Source: an uncultured Bacteroidia bacterium (GTDB lineage: Bacteria > Bacteroidota > Bacteroidia > Bacteroidales > F082). From it: a stretch of DNA of 64,000 nt. The notes beneath the pieces were generated by a model. The model saw only the letters and a program-made list of their open reading frames with translations. It was not told where the DNA came from and made no database searches. The DNA lies in contig CACXQV010000006.1 in the NCBI GenBank assembly GCA_902769875.1, positions 11,759 through 75,758 on the forward strand, in the 5' to 3' direction. The position numbers and the translations under genes were made by a program. Shown here piece after piece: positions 1 to 9,036 of the stretch. Positions within the stretch are counted from its first letter, which is position 1, and each line of letters opens with the position of its first letter.

Positions 1-49
1 AAAAATACGCAAAATTGTTGGTTTTTTGGAGGTGACTTTTCAAGAAAAA

Positions 50-244
50 TCAACCAATATGGGCTTGTTCTTCTTTGCCAATAGGATAATGTATATCCTC
101 GTATTCTGCAATCAAATCAGAAATAATGTCAAGTTCCAGCATACGCGGGTCATCCATAGAATCATTATCTCTTGTCATATTTAAAAGTTCATCAATTCGT
201 TTTAGCAACGCTTGATACATTTGTTCTGATTTGATTTGTGCCAT
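50..244 (-). CDS. small hypothetical protein (64 aa from first ATG) with an antitoxin-like N-terminal motif
   Basis: The ORF track gives 50..289, but codon 287-289 is TTG. The first ATG is at 244 (MAQIKSEQMYQALLKRIDELL...LIAEYEDIHYPI). The pattern resembles the segment that precedes the HTH in HigA/COG5499-type antitoxins, but no HTH follows. The region is AT-rich. Confidence 0.4.
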   Translation of the reverse strand: MAQIKSEQMYQALLKRIDELLNMTRDNDSMDDPRMLELDIISDLIAEYEDIHYPIGKEEQAHIG

Positions 245-293
245 AAAGTTGAGTTTTACATTGTAGCGTATAAAATGCGAATCTGACAAAAAA

Positions 294-875
294 TCAAATA
301 ATAGTGAATCTCAAATCTTCCAACAATGATGAATACCGTTTTCTAAAAGGGTTGTTCTTGTTTTTCAATACCGAAACATTCTTGTATTCCATAAGAGCGT
401 TGAAATATGCTGCATCTGCTATCGCAGAATCCATAGGATCTACTGTTATTTCATAACCACTCACAAGTTTGGCACCAGTCATTGTTTTAAAACAATCTGC
501 TTCAGATGGATTCGCCATTGTACTATAAGAACTGAAATGAACGATTTTATCTGAAAACAGACCGTCTGCAATTTCAGCAAGTTCCGACAATTCAAGGAAG
601 GTCTTTTCTCCTAATTCAAATGCGATTTTATGTGTTTTTCCGTGAATCGAAAAATAGAAAATATCATATTTTTGAAACTCCCTTTTGTGAAAATATGTCA
701 AGTAATGCTGTAAATCTTCAAATGACAAAATCTGTCTATGGATAACTTCGCAATGATGATACTCTTTCAGCCATCTCAATAATGGTTCGCTGTTGAGGTC
801 AAATTTATATTGTTCGAAATTATACCTCCATTCGGTCTCGAAACAAATTATATTGTGTTTTGGTTTTGCTGCCAT
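294..875 (-). CDS. hypothetical protein (193 aa), family not recognised
   Basis: In ORF 294..998, the part upstream of Met42 overlaps the lepB 3' end and looks non-coding. ATG at 873-875 (MAAKPKHNIICFETEW...). AT-rich compared with lepB. Confidence 0.55.
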   Translation of the reverse strand: MAAKPKHNIICFETEWRYNFEQYKFDLNSEPLLRWLKEYHHCEVIHRQILSFEDLQHYLTYFHKREFQKYDIFYFSIHGKTHKIAFELGEKTFLELSELAEIADGLFSDKIVHFSSYSTMANPSEADCFKTMTGAKLVSGYEITVDPMDSAIADAAYFNALMEYKNVSVLKNKNNPFRKRYSSLLEDLRFTII

Positions 876-891
876 AACAAACTCATTATTA

Positions 892-2406
892 TTACTTCGG
901 CACCCTGAACATCCGCTTCCAGCGTATCCCGCCGTTCTCCTTGTCCAGCGAGAGCCAAACGAGTACAGGCTTGCCAACGATGTGGTTTTCAGGCACAAAG
1001 CCCCAATAGCGCGAGTCGGCGGAGTTGTGGCGGTTGTCGCCCATCATCCAGTAGTAGTCCATCTCAAAGGTGTAGCTGTCGGCGGGCTGGCCGTCGATGT
1101 AGATTTGGTTGCCCTGCACTTTCAGGTCGTGCAGTTCGTATGCGTGGATGATGCGCTCGTAAAGTGGCAAGGTGTTGACATTCAGTGGAACCGTAACACC
1201 TTTCTTCGGGATGTAAAGCGGTCCAAAGTTGTCCACATTCCAAGGATAAAGGTCGGGGCGGTTGGGGAAAAGGCTGGTCGAAGTGCCCTCGCCCGGGGCT
1301 TGGATGTTGCGCATCACGGAGGTGACGAAAGGCAGTTTGATGAGTTCGTCGGCCACCTTTGCGCTGATGTTGAGGACGAAAATGTTCGGGTCGGCGGTGC
1401 GGTAGCCCTCGGTGATGCTGTACTTGTCCAACGTCTGCTTGTTGATGCCGCCCGAAGTGGTTACCACAGTGTAGTTATGTTGCATGTTTTCAGGCTCGTA
1501 GGCCTTCTCCCCGTTGATAAACACCACGCCGTCAACGATTTTCAAGGTGTCGCCCGGCATACCGATGAGGCGTTTCACATAGTTTTCGCGCTTATCCACG
1601 GGGTGACTGATGACATTGCCGAAATTCGCGTGGTCGTTCCAAACCTTCTTGCGGCCATATTCACGCACGAGGTCATAATAGTTGACGCTGCTTTGGAAGA
1701 TGTCGCAAACCGTGTCGCCGGCGGGATAGTTGAACACGATGGGGTCGTAACGCTTCATCGTCGAAACGCCCGGATAGCGGTGATACGGCAACTTAATCCA
1801 ATCCAAGTAGGATTTCGCGGTCTTGCTTCCTGGCAAGGTGTTGTGCACAAATGGGAACGAAAGCGGCGTGTTGGGACGCTTTGGGCCATAGTGTATCTTG
1901 CTGACAATCAGATAATCGCCAACGCAAAGCGACTTCTCCATACTCGAAGTGGGGATGGTGAAGGCCTCGAAGACGTAAGTCCTTATTATTAATGCGGCGA
2001 CTACGGCAAAAACGATGGCGTCGAACCACTCGCGGGCGGTAGATTTCTTGGGTCGCGTGGCCGTGGCGGGGTCTTGGTAAGCATCGTTTTTGGCGACGAC
2101 GGGGAAGAAAATGAAGGGCAGAATGGCCGCCATGCCTTCCTCCCAAACCTTGAATCGCCCAAAGCATTTGCCCAACTCGACGAGCATCAGCAGCAGCATA
2201 AAGACATTGATGTAAGGGAAGACGATAAAGAACCACCACCAGAATTTCTTCTCTTTGCCGATGATTTTCAGCATAATATAGATGTTGAAATAGGGGATGA
2301 GGCTGTAGTAGCCTTTTTGTCCGGCCTTCTCGAACTGTTTCCAGCAGAACGCAATCGGGATGGTGAACAATGCCGGAACGATGAAAATGAATGATAACAG
2401 TGACAT
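892..2406 (-). CDS. lepB: signal peptidase I (long Bacteroidota form with N-terminal membrane extension)
   Basis: 504 aa. Contains TIPTSSMEKSL (catalytic Ser box) and GDNRHNSADSRYWGFVPENHIVGKP (box E). Confidence 0.92.
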   Translation of the reverse strand: MSLLSFIFIVPALFTIPIAFCWKQFEKAGQKGYYSLIPYFNIYIMLKIIGKEKKFWWWFFIVFPYINVFMLLLMLVELGKCFGRFKVWEEGMAAILPFIFFPVVAKNDAYQDPATATRPKKSTAREWFDAIVFAVVAALIIRTYVFEAFTIPTSSMEKSLCVGDYLIVSKIHYGPKRPNTPLSFPFVHNTLPGSKTAKSYLDWIKLPYHRYPGVSTMKRYDPIVFNYPAGDTVCDIFQSSVNYYDLVREYGRKKVWNDHANFGNVISHPVDKRENYVKRLIGMPGDTLKIVDGVVFINGEKAYEPENMQHNYTVVTTSGGINKQTLDKYSITEGYRTADPNIFVLNISAKVADELIKLPFVTSVMRNIQAPGEGTSTSLFPNRPDLYPWNVDNFGPLYIPKKGVTVPLNVNTLPLYERIIHAYELHDLKVQGNQIYIDGQPADSYTFEMDYYWMMGDNRHNSADSRYWGFVPENHIVGKPVLVWLSLDKENGGIRWKRMFRVPK

Positions 2407-2468
2407 GTCTTTTGTTGGTTTTATTTGCTAACGAAAAAATGAAAACTATAGTATTTCGGGAACCAAAA

Positions 2469-3179
2469 TCATTCCCCGAACAAATCCTCCATCGAATAGC
2501 AACCAGTCTTCCCAAGCAAGAATTCTGCCGCAGCGATGGCGCCCAAAGCGAAGCCTTGGCGGTTGTAGGCCTCATGGGTGAGGGTGAGACGGTCGGCATC
2601 AGAGTCGGCCACAACGCTGTGGATGCCGTTCACCTCACCGATGCGGGTCACGTTTATATATAAGGTGTGGCCGGTGGGTGTGTCGATGCTCCAGTGGTCG
2701 TAGTCGTGGTTGACGCTGAGGATGTCGTTGGCCAGTTTCACGGCGGTGCCGCTGGGCTTGTCCAACTTGTGGATGTGGTGCGTTTCGGCCAACGAGAGTT
2801 GGTAGCCGTATTTCTCGGCAAGGCGGGCGAGCTGCTTGTTGAGCTTGAACATGATGTTCATCCCGATGCTGAAGTTGGGCGCGTGGAAGAGGCTTTGGCT
2901 CTCGTTGAGGCAGCGCATCTTGATTTCCTCGAAATGGTCGTGCCATGCGGTTGTGCCCACCACGACAGGGATGCGCAAGTCGAAACAGCGATGGATGTTG
3001 CCGACCACTTGGTCGGGTTGGCTGAAGTCGATGGCGACATCGGCCTGCTTCAATGGGTCGAGGCGTTCTTCCCATTCCATTGGGTTGTCGATGGTTACAA
3101 CGATTTCGTGTTGTCGGGCAAGGGCGGCTTTTTCCACCTCGTGGCCCATTTTTCCGTATCCGATTAAAGCGATTTTCAT
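2469..3179 (-). CDS. dapB: 4-hydroxy-tetrahydrodipicolinate reductase
   Basis: 236 aa. MKIALIGYGKMG Rossmann N-terminus and ETHHIHKLDKPSGTA motif typical of DapB. Confidence 0.95.
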   Translation of the reverse strand: MKIALIGYGKMGHEVEKAALARQHEIVVTIDNPMEWEERLDPLKQADVAIDFSQPDQVVGNIHRCFDLRIPVVVGTTAWHDHFEEIKMRCLNESQSLFHAPNFSIGMNIMFKLNKQLARLAEKYGYQLSLAETHHIHKLDKPSGTAVKLANDILSVNHDYDHWSIDTPTGHTLYINVTRIGEVNGIHSVVADSDADRLTLTHEAYNRQGFALGAIAAAEFLLGKTGCYSMEDLFGE

Positions 3180-3339
3180 GGTAGTTTTTTTGTCACAAAA
3201 CTTTCAAAACTCACAAAACCTCTTTTCGGTTTTTGGGAGACCTGCCAACCGGCGGTTTCCCTGCGGCTGTACGGTTGTGTCAGCCGCAACACCTTGTGTA
3301 AATGTTTGTTTTGCATTGTTTTGTGGGTTTTGTGATAAA

Positions 3340-3993
3340 TTAGAAATTCAGTTGGAAAGACAGCCCGACTTGGGCGTATTGTGGTAACGGCAAAAGCGGT
3401 TCGGTGGGCCGCAGATATGGGTCGATGCTGAGGCTCAAATCGTCGCTGATGTCGTAATTGTAGAAATGCCCGTCGACGCAGGCATCGAGGATGTTCAGCC
3501 CGTACCAAGCTATGGTGAGCATTGTATAGAACTCAAAATCACGACGATACGATTCCTTGTAGGTTTGCAGTTGGCTGTCGGAATATCTGTTGGCCAACGC
3601 AGTCTCGTAGTCGTTTAACGTTGTGCCCTCCGGCAAATCGCCGGTCTTGAATTCGTAGGCGTGGAGATAGGAGCGATACTCGGAATAATTGTTGTAAGCC
3701 AAATAACCCAAGCCGCCCAAGCCCGCATAAACGATGGGCACTTTCCACCATTTGCGGTTGTAAACCTGTCCAAGTCCGGGCAAAGCTGCCGACATGATGG
3801 CGGCTGTCGTAGGGCTATGGGGCTTTTTCTCTTTCGCCGGTCTCGTTTTCGCCTCTGGCTTCACGATTGTGTCGGCGGTGATGATTGTGTTGCCAACCGT
3901 GTCGAACACAATGTTTTGCGCTTCCGTTTCCTGAGAGGCGAGCAGCAAGATGAAGCCTATGAGAAACAAAAAACGGCGCGCCATGGCAATCAT
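3340..3993 (-). CDS. DUF5683-like protein
   Basis: Signal peptide, then SAALPGLGQVYNRKWWKVPIVYAGLG motif. The start ATG overlaps the parB stop (ATGA at 3990-3993). Confidence 0.75.
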   Translation of the reverse strand: MIAMARRFLFLIGFILLLASQETEAQNIVFDTVGNTIITADTIVKPEAKTRPAKEKKPHSPTTAAIMSAALPGLGQVYNRKWWKVPIVYAGLGGLGYLAYNNYSEYRSYLHAYEFKTGDLPEGTTLNDYETALANRYSDSQLQTYKESYRRDFEFYTMLTIAWYGLNILDACVDGHFYNYDISDDLSLSIDPYLRPTEPLLPLPQYAQVGLSFQLNF

Positions 3994-4880
3994 TTGTTAT
4001 TGAAAAGTTCCATAATGCGGTCAAACTCGGCCTCGTCCTTGAAATCGATGACCACGCTGCCTTGTCCTTTCACGTTGCGGGTCACTTTCACCTTCGTGTT
4101 CAAGGTTTGCGACAGTGTCTTGATCTTGCTCTTGAAATGCTCAGGGATGAAGTTGGTCTGCTTTTTCTCCTTGCCGCCGGGGTTCTTGGCCTTCTCGGCC
4201 AATTCCTCCGCCTGCCTGACGTTCATTTCCCCATCGATGATTTGTTGGAGCAGCTTCAGTTGCTGTTCCTTGTCGCTGACGTTGATGAGTGCGCGTGCGT
4301 GCCCCATGGTGATGTGGCCGTCGCGGATGGCGATTTGCACCTCAGCCGGCAACTTCAGCAGCCTCAAGAAGTTGGCGACCGCGCTGCGGCTCTTTCCCAC
4401 TTTCTCGCTCACTTCCTCTTGCGTCAGGCTGCACTCGTCGATGAGCCGTTGGTACGAGATGGCCACCTCGATGGCGTTGAGGTTTTCGCGATGGATGTTC
4501 TCGATGAGGGCGAGTTCCAGCATTTGCTCGTCGTTGGCCACTCTGATAAACACGGGGACCTTGGCAAGTCCGGCCAGTTTCGAGGCTCTCAATCGGCGCT
4601 CGCCTGAAATGAGCTGGTATTTGTTGTAGCCCAGTTTCCTGACCGTGAGAGGCTGGATGATACCTTGCTCCTTGATGGATTGCGCCAATTCGCGCAAGGC
4701 GGTTTCGTCAAATTCGGTTCTGGGCTGGAATGGGTTGGTCTCTATGAGGTTGATGTCGATTCCGGCGATGGCTCCGGCAACGAAATCGCCTGAGATGTCT
4801 CTGCTGGTGATGTCGGTTTCGGGGCTTTGAAGGATGGCGTCAAGGCCGCGGCCAAGGGCTCTTTTGTTTTTCTCTGCCAT
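3990..4880 (-). CDS. parB: ParB/Spo0J chromosome partitioning protein
   Basis: 296 aa. Contains GRGLDAIL, QPRTEFDE and LISGERRLRASKLAG ParB boxes. Confidence 0.93.
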   Translation of the reverse strand: MAEKNKRALGRGLDAILQSPETDITSRDISGDFVAGAIAGIDINLIETNPFQPRTEFDETALRELAQSIKEQGIIQPLTVRKLGYNKYQLISGERRLRASKLAGLAKVPVFIRVANDEQMLELALIENIHRENLNAIEVAISYQRLIDECSLTQEEVSEKVGKSRSAVANFLRLLKLPAEVQIAIRDGHITMGHARALINVSDKEQQLKLLQQIIDGEMNVRQAEELAEKAKNPGGKEKKQTNFIPEHFKSKIKTLSQTLNTKVKVTRNVKGQGSVVIDFKDEAEFDRIMELFNNK

Positions 4881-4886
4881 GGTGAA

Positions 4887-5669
4887 TTATGCGTTAGGGG
4901 TGGATAAATGATTCTTCTCGATGATTTCGCGCGCCAAGTTCAGATAGTTGATGGCACCTACGCTGGCGGCATCGTGCATAATGATCGACTTGCCGAAACT
5001 TGGGGCTTCGCCCAAACGTGTGTTGCGGTTGATGATGGTGTTGAAAACCAAGTCCTGGAAGTGCATCTTGACCTCTTCGACCACCTGCTTCGACAGCCGC
5101 AGGCGGGTGTCGAACATCGTAAGCAGGATGCCTTCGATTTCAAGGTCGGGATTGAGGCGCGTTTGCACGATTTTGATGGTGTTGAGCAGCTTCCCCAAGC
5201 CTTCGAGGGCGAAATATTCGCATTGGACGGGGATGATGACCGAATCGGCAGCCGTGAGCGAGTTCACTGTGACCAAGCCTAACGAGGGTGAGCAATCGAT
5301 GATGATGAAGTCGAAGTCTTCCTTGACGGGGGCGAGTGCGTGTTTCATCATCAGTTCACGGTCGGGCAGGTTGATCATCTCAATCTCGGCGCCCACCAAG
5401 TCGATGTGGGCCGGAATCAGGAACAGGTTGGGTGTCTCTGTTTCGGTGATGACTTTTTGTGGGGCGACATTGTCGATGATGCATTCGTAGATGCTGGTTT
5501 CGATGCTTTTGGGGTCGATGCCCACGCCCGAGGTCGCGTTGGCCTGGGGGTCGGCGTCGATGAGGAGCGTCTTATATTCGAGGACGGCCAAGCTGGCCGC
5601 CAGATTGATGGCGGTCGTGGTTTTGCCCACGCCACCTTTCTGATTTGCAATCGCTATGATCTTACCCAT
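4887..5669 (-). CDS. parA: ParA/Soj partition ATPase
   Basis: 260 aa. Deviant Walker A: IAIANQKGGVGKTTTAINLA. Confidence 0.95.
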   Translation of the reverse strand: MGKIIAIANQKGGVGKTTTAINLAASLAVLEYKTLLIDADPQANATSGVGIDPKSIETSIYECIIDNVAPQKVITETETPNLFLIPAHIDLVGAEIEMINLPDRELMMKHALAPVKEDFDFIIIDCSPSLGLVTVNSLTAADSVIIPVQCEYFALEGLGKLLNTIKIVQTRLNPDLEIEGILLTMFDTRLRLSKQVVEEVKMHFQDLVFNTIINRNTRLGEAPSFGKSIIMHDAASVGAINYLNLAREIIEKNHLSTPNA

Positions 5670-5690
5670 ATATCGTTTTGTTTTACGCTA

Positions 5691-5698
5691 CAAAATTA
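5691..5698 (-). promoter_or_regulatory. Bacteroidota -7 box (TAATTTTG) upstream of parA
   Basis: Matches the TAnnTTTG consensus of Bacteroidota primary-sigma promoters. 22 nt upstream of the parA ATG. Confidence 0.5.
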
Positions 5699-5781
5699 CG
5701 AGTTTTGGCTGGTTTTATTATGACAGATTCCGGAAAGTTATCAACAAAGGGGGAAAATGTTGAAAAGTTTCGCACGAAAGC

Positions 5782-5809
5782 AAAAAAGGCCGCGACTTGT
5801 CGCAGCCTT
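5782..5809 (-). terminator. rho-independent terminator after the DUF3276 gene
   Basis: The minus strand reads AAGGCTGCGACAAGTCGCGGCCTTTTTT (GC stem plus T run). Confidence 0.6.
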
Positions 5810-5834
5810 GTGTTTCGTCTTGATTCGGAAAGGA

Positions 5835-6209
5835 TTATTTGTCCAGATTGTCGAACCAGCGGTCGATGGCGCTGTCGATTTCGGTGCGGGGCTCTTCCTC
5901 ACGCTCGAAGTTGCGCGGGGCCGGTTCGTCGTAATAGTCGGCCGGAAGCTCTCCCGTCTCCACATATTTGATGGCATCGGTCAAGCCTTTCGCCACCTTC
6001 TCGAAGTCTTCCTTGTAGAGGAAAATCTTGTGTTTCTCGTAGAGGAAGCGTTGCAAGCCTTCGTCGAAGCGACGCTTGCTTTCGGTTATGGTGATGTACT
6101 TCTCATCATTCTTGGTTGCCTTCACATCGAAAAAGTAGGTTCTCTTTCCTGCTTTCACTGCCTTCGAGAACAATTCGTCCTTCTCTTTCATTTCGTTTTC
6201 TTCCATCAT
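5835..6209 (-). CDS. PUR-alpha-like nucleic-acid-binding protein (DUF3276)
   Basis: Contains FSKAVKAGKRTYFFDVKATKNDEKYITITESKR. The track start at 6218 is TTG. The first ATG is at 6209. Confidence 0.75.
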   Translation of the reverse strand: MMEENEMKEKDELFSKAVKAGKRTYFFDVKATKNDEKYITITESKRRFDEGLQRFLYEKHKIFLYKEDFEKVAKGLTDAIKYVETGELPADYYDEPAPRNFEREEEPRTEIDSAIDRWFDNLDK

Positions 6210-6332
6210 GTCTTTCAATAATTTAATGCTTTCTAATATGTCTTTTAATGTTTGAAAAGTCGGGCAAAAGTAAGAAAAAAATGAATATTGCGTGTTTTAA
6301 GTATTATTTTTGCACTCAAATTTGATTGTTTT

Positions 6333-7151
6333 ATGGAACTGAATCTGAAACGACCCATAGCATTTTTCGACCTTGAAACGACAGGGCTGAACACTTCGCA
6401 CGACCGCATCGTTGAGATGAGCGTGCTGAAAATCAACGTGAACGGCGACGAAGAGCAACGTGTCTGGCTGTTCAATCCGGAGATCCCGATCTCCGCCGAA
6501 TCGTCTTCGGTGCACGGCTACACCAACGAGATGGTGGCCGACAAGCCCACCTTCCGTGAAAAAGCCAAGGAAATCGCCACTTTCATCGGCAATGCCGACT
6601 TGGCGGGCTACAACATCCTGAAATTCGACCTTCCGATGCTCGTGGAAGAATTCCTTCGCGTGGAATACGACTTCGACCTGAAAAGCCGCAATTTCATCGA
6701 CGTGATGAACATTTACATGAAGATGGAGCCACGAACCCTGAAAGGCGCTTACCGCTATTTCTGCCACGGCGAGTTGGAGGGAGCCCATGGCGCAATGGCC
6801 GACACCAAGGCCACTTACGATGTGCTCCGTGCCATGCTCGACCGCTACCAAGGCGTTGAATATGAGGACGCGAAGGGCAACCGCTCGCAAGGGCCTACCA
6901 ACGATATGAAACAGTTGGCCGAGTTTTCGGCGCACCACAAAAACGCCGACCTTTCGGGCCAAATCATCTTCGACGAAGAAGGCAAGGAAGTCTTTATGTT
7001 CGGCAAGCACAAGGGTGAGCGTGTCGAGGACGTGTTCCGCAAGGAGTGGGCCTATTACGACTGGATCATGAAAAACGATTTCCCGCGCTATACGAAAAAG
7101 GTGGTCACGGCCATCAAGCTGCGTATGGGCGGAAAGAATGTGAAACGCTAA
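6333..7151 (+). CDS. 3'-5' exonuclease, DnaQ/DEDDh family
   Basis: ATG at 6333 (MELNLKRPIAFFDLETTGL = Exo I motif). HGAMADT = Exo III-like motif. Confidence 0.85.
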   Translation: MELNLKRPIAFFDLETTGLNTSHDRIVEMSVLKINVNGDEEQRVWLFNPEIPISAESSSVHGYTNEMVADKPTFREKAKEIATFIGNADLAGYNILKFDLPMLVEEFLRVEYDFDLKSRNFIDVMNIYMKMEPRTLKGAYRYFCHGELEGAHGAMADTKATYDVLRAMLDRYQGVEYEDAKGNRSQGPTNDMKQLAEFSAHHKNADLSGQIIFDEEGKEVFMFGKHKGERVEDVFRKEWAYYDWIMKNDFPRYTKKVVTAIKLRMGGKNVKR

Positions 7152-7155
7152 AGCT

Positions 7156-7767
7156 ATGAAAATCATTTGCGTAGGGCGCAATTATTTGGCCCATATCAAG
7201 GAATTGGACAACGACCTTCCCGCTGAGCCTCTGTTCTTCATGAAGCCCGACACGGCTTTGCTGCCCGAAGGCGAGGCGTTCCCTTATCCCGGTTTCAGCA
7301 ACGAAATCCATTACGAGACTGAACTGGTGTTGCGCATCTGCAAATCGGGTCACAATATCGAGGAAGCAGAGGCCGCAGGTCATTATGACGCCATCACCGT
7401 CGGCATCGACTTCACCGCCCGCGACCTGCAAAACCAGTGCAAGGCCAAGGGGCATCCTTGGGAAAAGGCCAAGGCTTTCGATGGCTCGGCTGTGGTCGGT
7501 AAATTCAAGGAAATCAGTGCTTTGCAGAATGCCACCAATATTGCTTTTGGGATGAAACTCAACGGCGAATGGGCGCAGCAAGGCCACAGCCGCGACATGA
7601 TTTTCAGTTTCAATCGGATTATCGCCCACATTTCGCGTTTTGTCACCTTGAAGGAAGGCGACTTCATCTTTACTGGCACGCCGCAAGGTGTTGGCGCAGT
7701 GCGTCCCGGTGATGTGTTGGAGCTGTTTTTGGAAGGGGAAAGAGTGTTGAGGTTTGGCGTGAAGTGA
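7156..7767 (+). CDS. fumarylacetoacetate hydrolase (FAH) family protein
   Basis: 203 aa. Contains MKIICVGRNYLAHIKEL, HYETELV and GDFIFTGTPQGVG. Confidence 0.9.
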   Translation: MKIICVGRNYLAHIKELDNDLPAEPLFFMKPDTALLPEGEAFPYPGFSNEIHYETELVLRICKSGHNIEEAEAAGHYDAITVGIDFTARDLQNQCKAKGHPWEKAKAFDGSAVVGKFKEISALQNATNIAFGMKLNGEWAQQGHSRDMIFSFNRIIAHISRFVTLKEGDFIFTGTPQGVGAVRPGDVLELFLEGERVLRFGVK

Positions 7768-7850
7768 AAAATAGATTGAATGTTGAAACAAATTGGAGAT
7801 AATCCAAATTTAATGTCTATATTTGCACGAAAAGTGAAAAGTATTTGTTT

Positions 7851-8255
7851 ATGAATTATCTGTTATTACTTACAATTGTTTCTGCAATTTGCAGTATATT
7901 AGGCTTTTTTTCAGCAAAGTTCATCAATGAACGTCGGTGGCTATGGCTCATTGTCGTTTTTATCTTGACTTTTGCTAGTGGATATGCTGTCTACAGTAAT
8001 AGTGAATTAAATAGGATAAAGAATATCCAACGACAAGCAAATGCAATATATGAGGATTATTATCATTGTTCTTACGAAGAATTTATTCAAGAAGCGTTGA
8101 CGTTTTTAGAAGAGAATAAAGATGAATATTCCGATTCATACTATAGGGCAAAGCAGATAGATTCTGTAGTGAATAGTTCTGCGGTTAAGTTTTATTCAGA
8201 AGAGGCGATTAAATTGCGTGGGATAATAAAAGGTATTGCTACATTAAATAAATAA
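7851..8255 (+). CDS. hypothetical membrane protein (two N-terminal TM helices)
   Basis: ATG at 7851 (the track start at 7845 is TTG). Hydrophobic N-terminus. AT-rich islet. No family recognised. Confidence 0.5.
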   Translation: MNYLLLLTIVSAICSILGFFSAKFINERRWLWLIVVFILTFASGYAVYSNSELNRIKNIQRQANAIYEDYYHCSYEEFIQEALTFLEENKDEYSDSYYRAKQIDSVVNSSAVKFYSEEAIKLRGIIKGIATLNK

Positions 8256-8284
8256 AAAACAGAGATTATCTGCCTGAAAGTGAG

Positions 8285-8965
8285 ATGGAAGGAAACCTAT
8301 TGACCCAATATATGGCGACGATGAACTTCATTAGCCGAAATTTGCAGATCAAGCAGACGGAAAACGAATTCAACAGCAACGATCAATTGGAAATTCCTTT
8401 GTCAGTGTTTGTTGAGCTTGTTGTTAATGCGCTGATTCATAGGGATTATTATCAATCTTCGCCTGTCCGTTTGTTCATTTTCGACAATCGTGTTGAATTG
8501 CATAGCCCTGGAGTTTTGCCTGCCGACTTGACCGTGGAGGACATCAAGAAGGGCGTTTCAAAGCCACGAAACCAATTGCTTTTTGAGTTTGCTCGTTATT
8601 TTCTGCCCTATACTGGTGTAGGTAGTGGTATCCTCCGTGTGTCGCAAGCCTTTGATAATGTTGAGTATTGCAATGATTTGGATTTGGAAGAATTCAAGAT
8701 TGTGATTCCAAGAACCAACAACGTCATTCCATCGGAGAATGTCCCTCACAATGTCCTTCACGATGTCCCTCACGATGGTTCTGTGAAATCAAGGCAAGAA
8801 CGTATCATTGAATTGGTCAGGATAAACCCTGGAATGACCAGAGAATTGATGGCGAAACTATTGGGTTTGAACCCCAAAACCATTGGCAGGGAGTTGGCCA
8901 AAATGAAGGATAGAGTTGTTTACAGAGGGTCGGGGAACCACGGCCATTGGGAGCTGTTGGATTGA
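8285..8965 (+). CDS. ATP-binding/HTH regulator fragment (HATPase_c_4-like core plus C-terminal winged HTH), lacking the usual N-terminal AlbA_2/Schlafen-type domain
   Basis: Contains VELVVNALIHRDY...SPGVLP...KPRNQLLFEF...GSGI, typical of the C-terminal half of about 480-aa putative DNA-binding regulators. Only 226 aa here, so it may be a 5'-truncated remnant. Confidence 0.55.
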   Translation: MEGNLLTQYMATMNFISRNLQIKQTENEFNSNDQLEIPLSVFVELVVNALIHRDYYQSSPVRLFIFDNRVELHSPGVLPADLTVEDIKKGVSKPRNQLLFEFARYFLPYTGVGSGILRVSQAFDNVEYCNDLDLEEFKIVIPRTNNVIPSENVPHNVLHDVPHDGSVKSRQERIIELVRINPGMTRELMAKLLGLNPKTIGRELAKMKDRVVYRGSGNHGHWELLD

Positions 8966-9003
8966 TTTGTTTCTGCTTTTTTGTTTTCAATTGAGTAAAA
9001 TCT

Positions 9004-9011
9004 TACTTTTG
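9004..9011 (+). promoter_or_regulatory. -7 box TACTTTTG upstream of the tricorn-like peptidase
   Basis: TAnnTTTG match 26 nt before ATG 9037. Confidence 0.5.
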
Positions 9012-9036
9012 CAAATCATTAATAAATCTTGATACG

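Noticed and set aside
3190-3336. Lysine riboswitch upstream of dapB.
   Set aside because: I could not find the conserved L-box core elements by eye, and the region is dominated by simple CACAAAAC repeats. It is kept only as an unclassified structured region in the findings.
5670-5834. Replication origin next to parA/parB.
   Set aside because: This intergenic region has only one near-match to a DnaA box (TTATCAACA). No cluster of boxes and no AT-rich unwinding element stood out, and dnaA is not in the window. In Bacteroidota, parAB are not reliable oriC markers.
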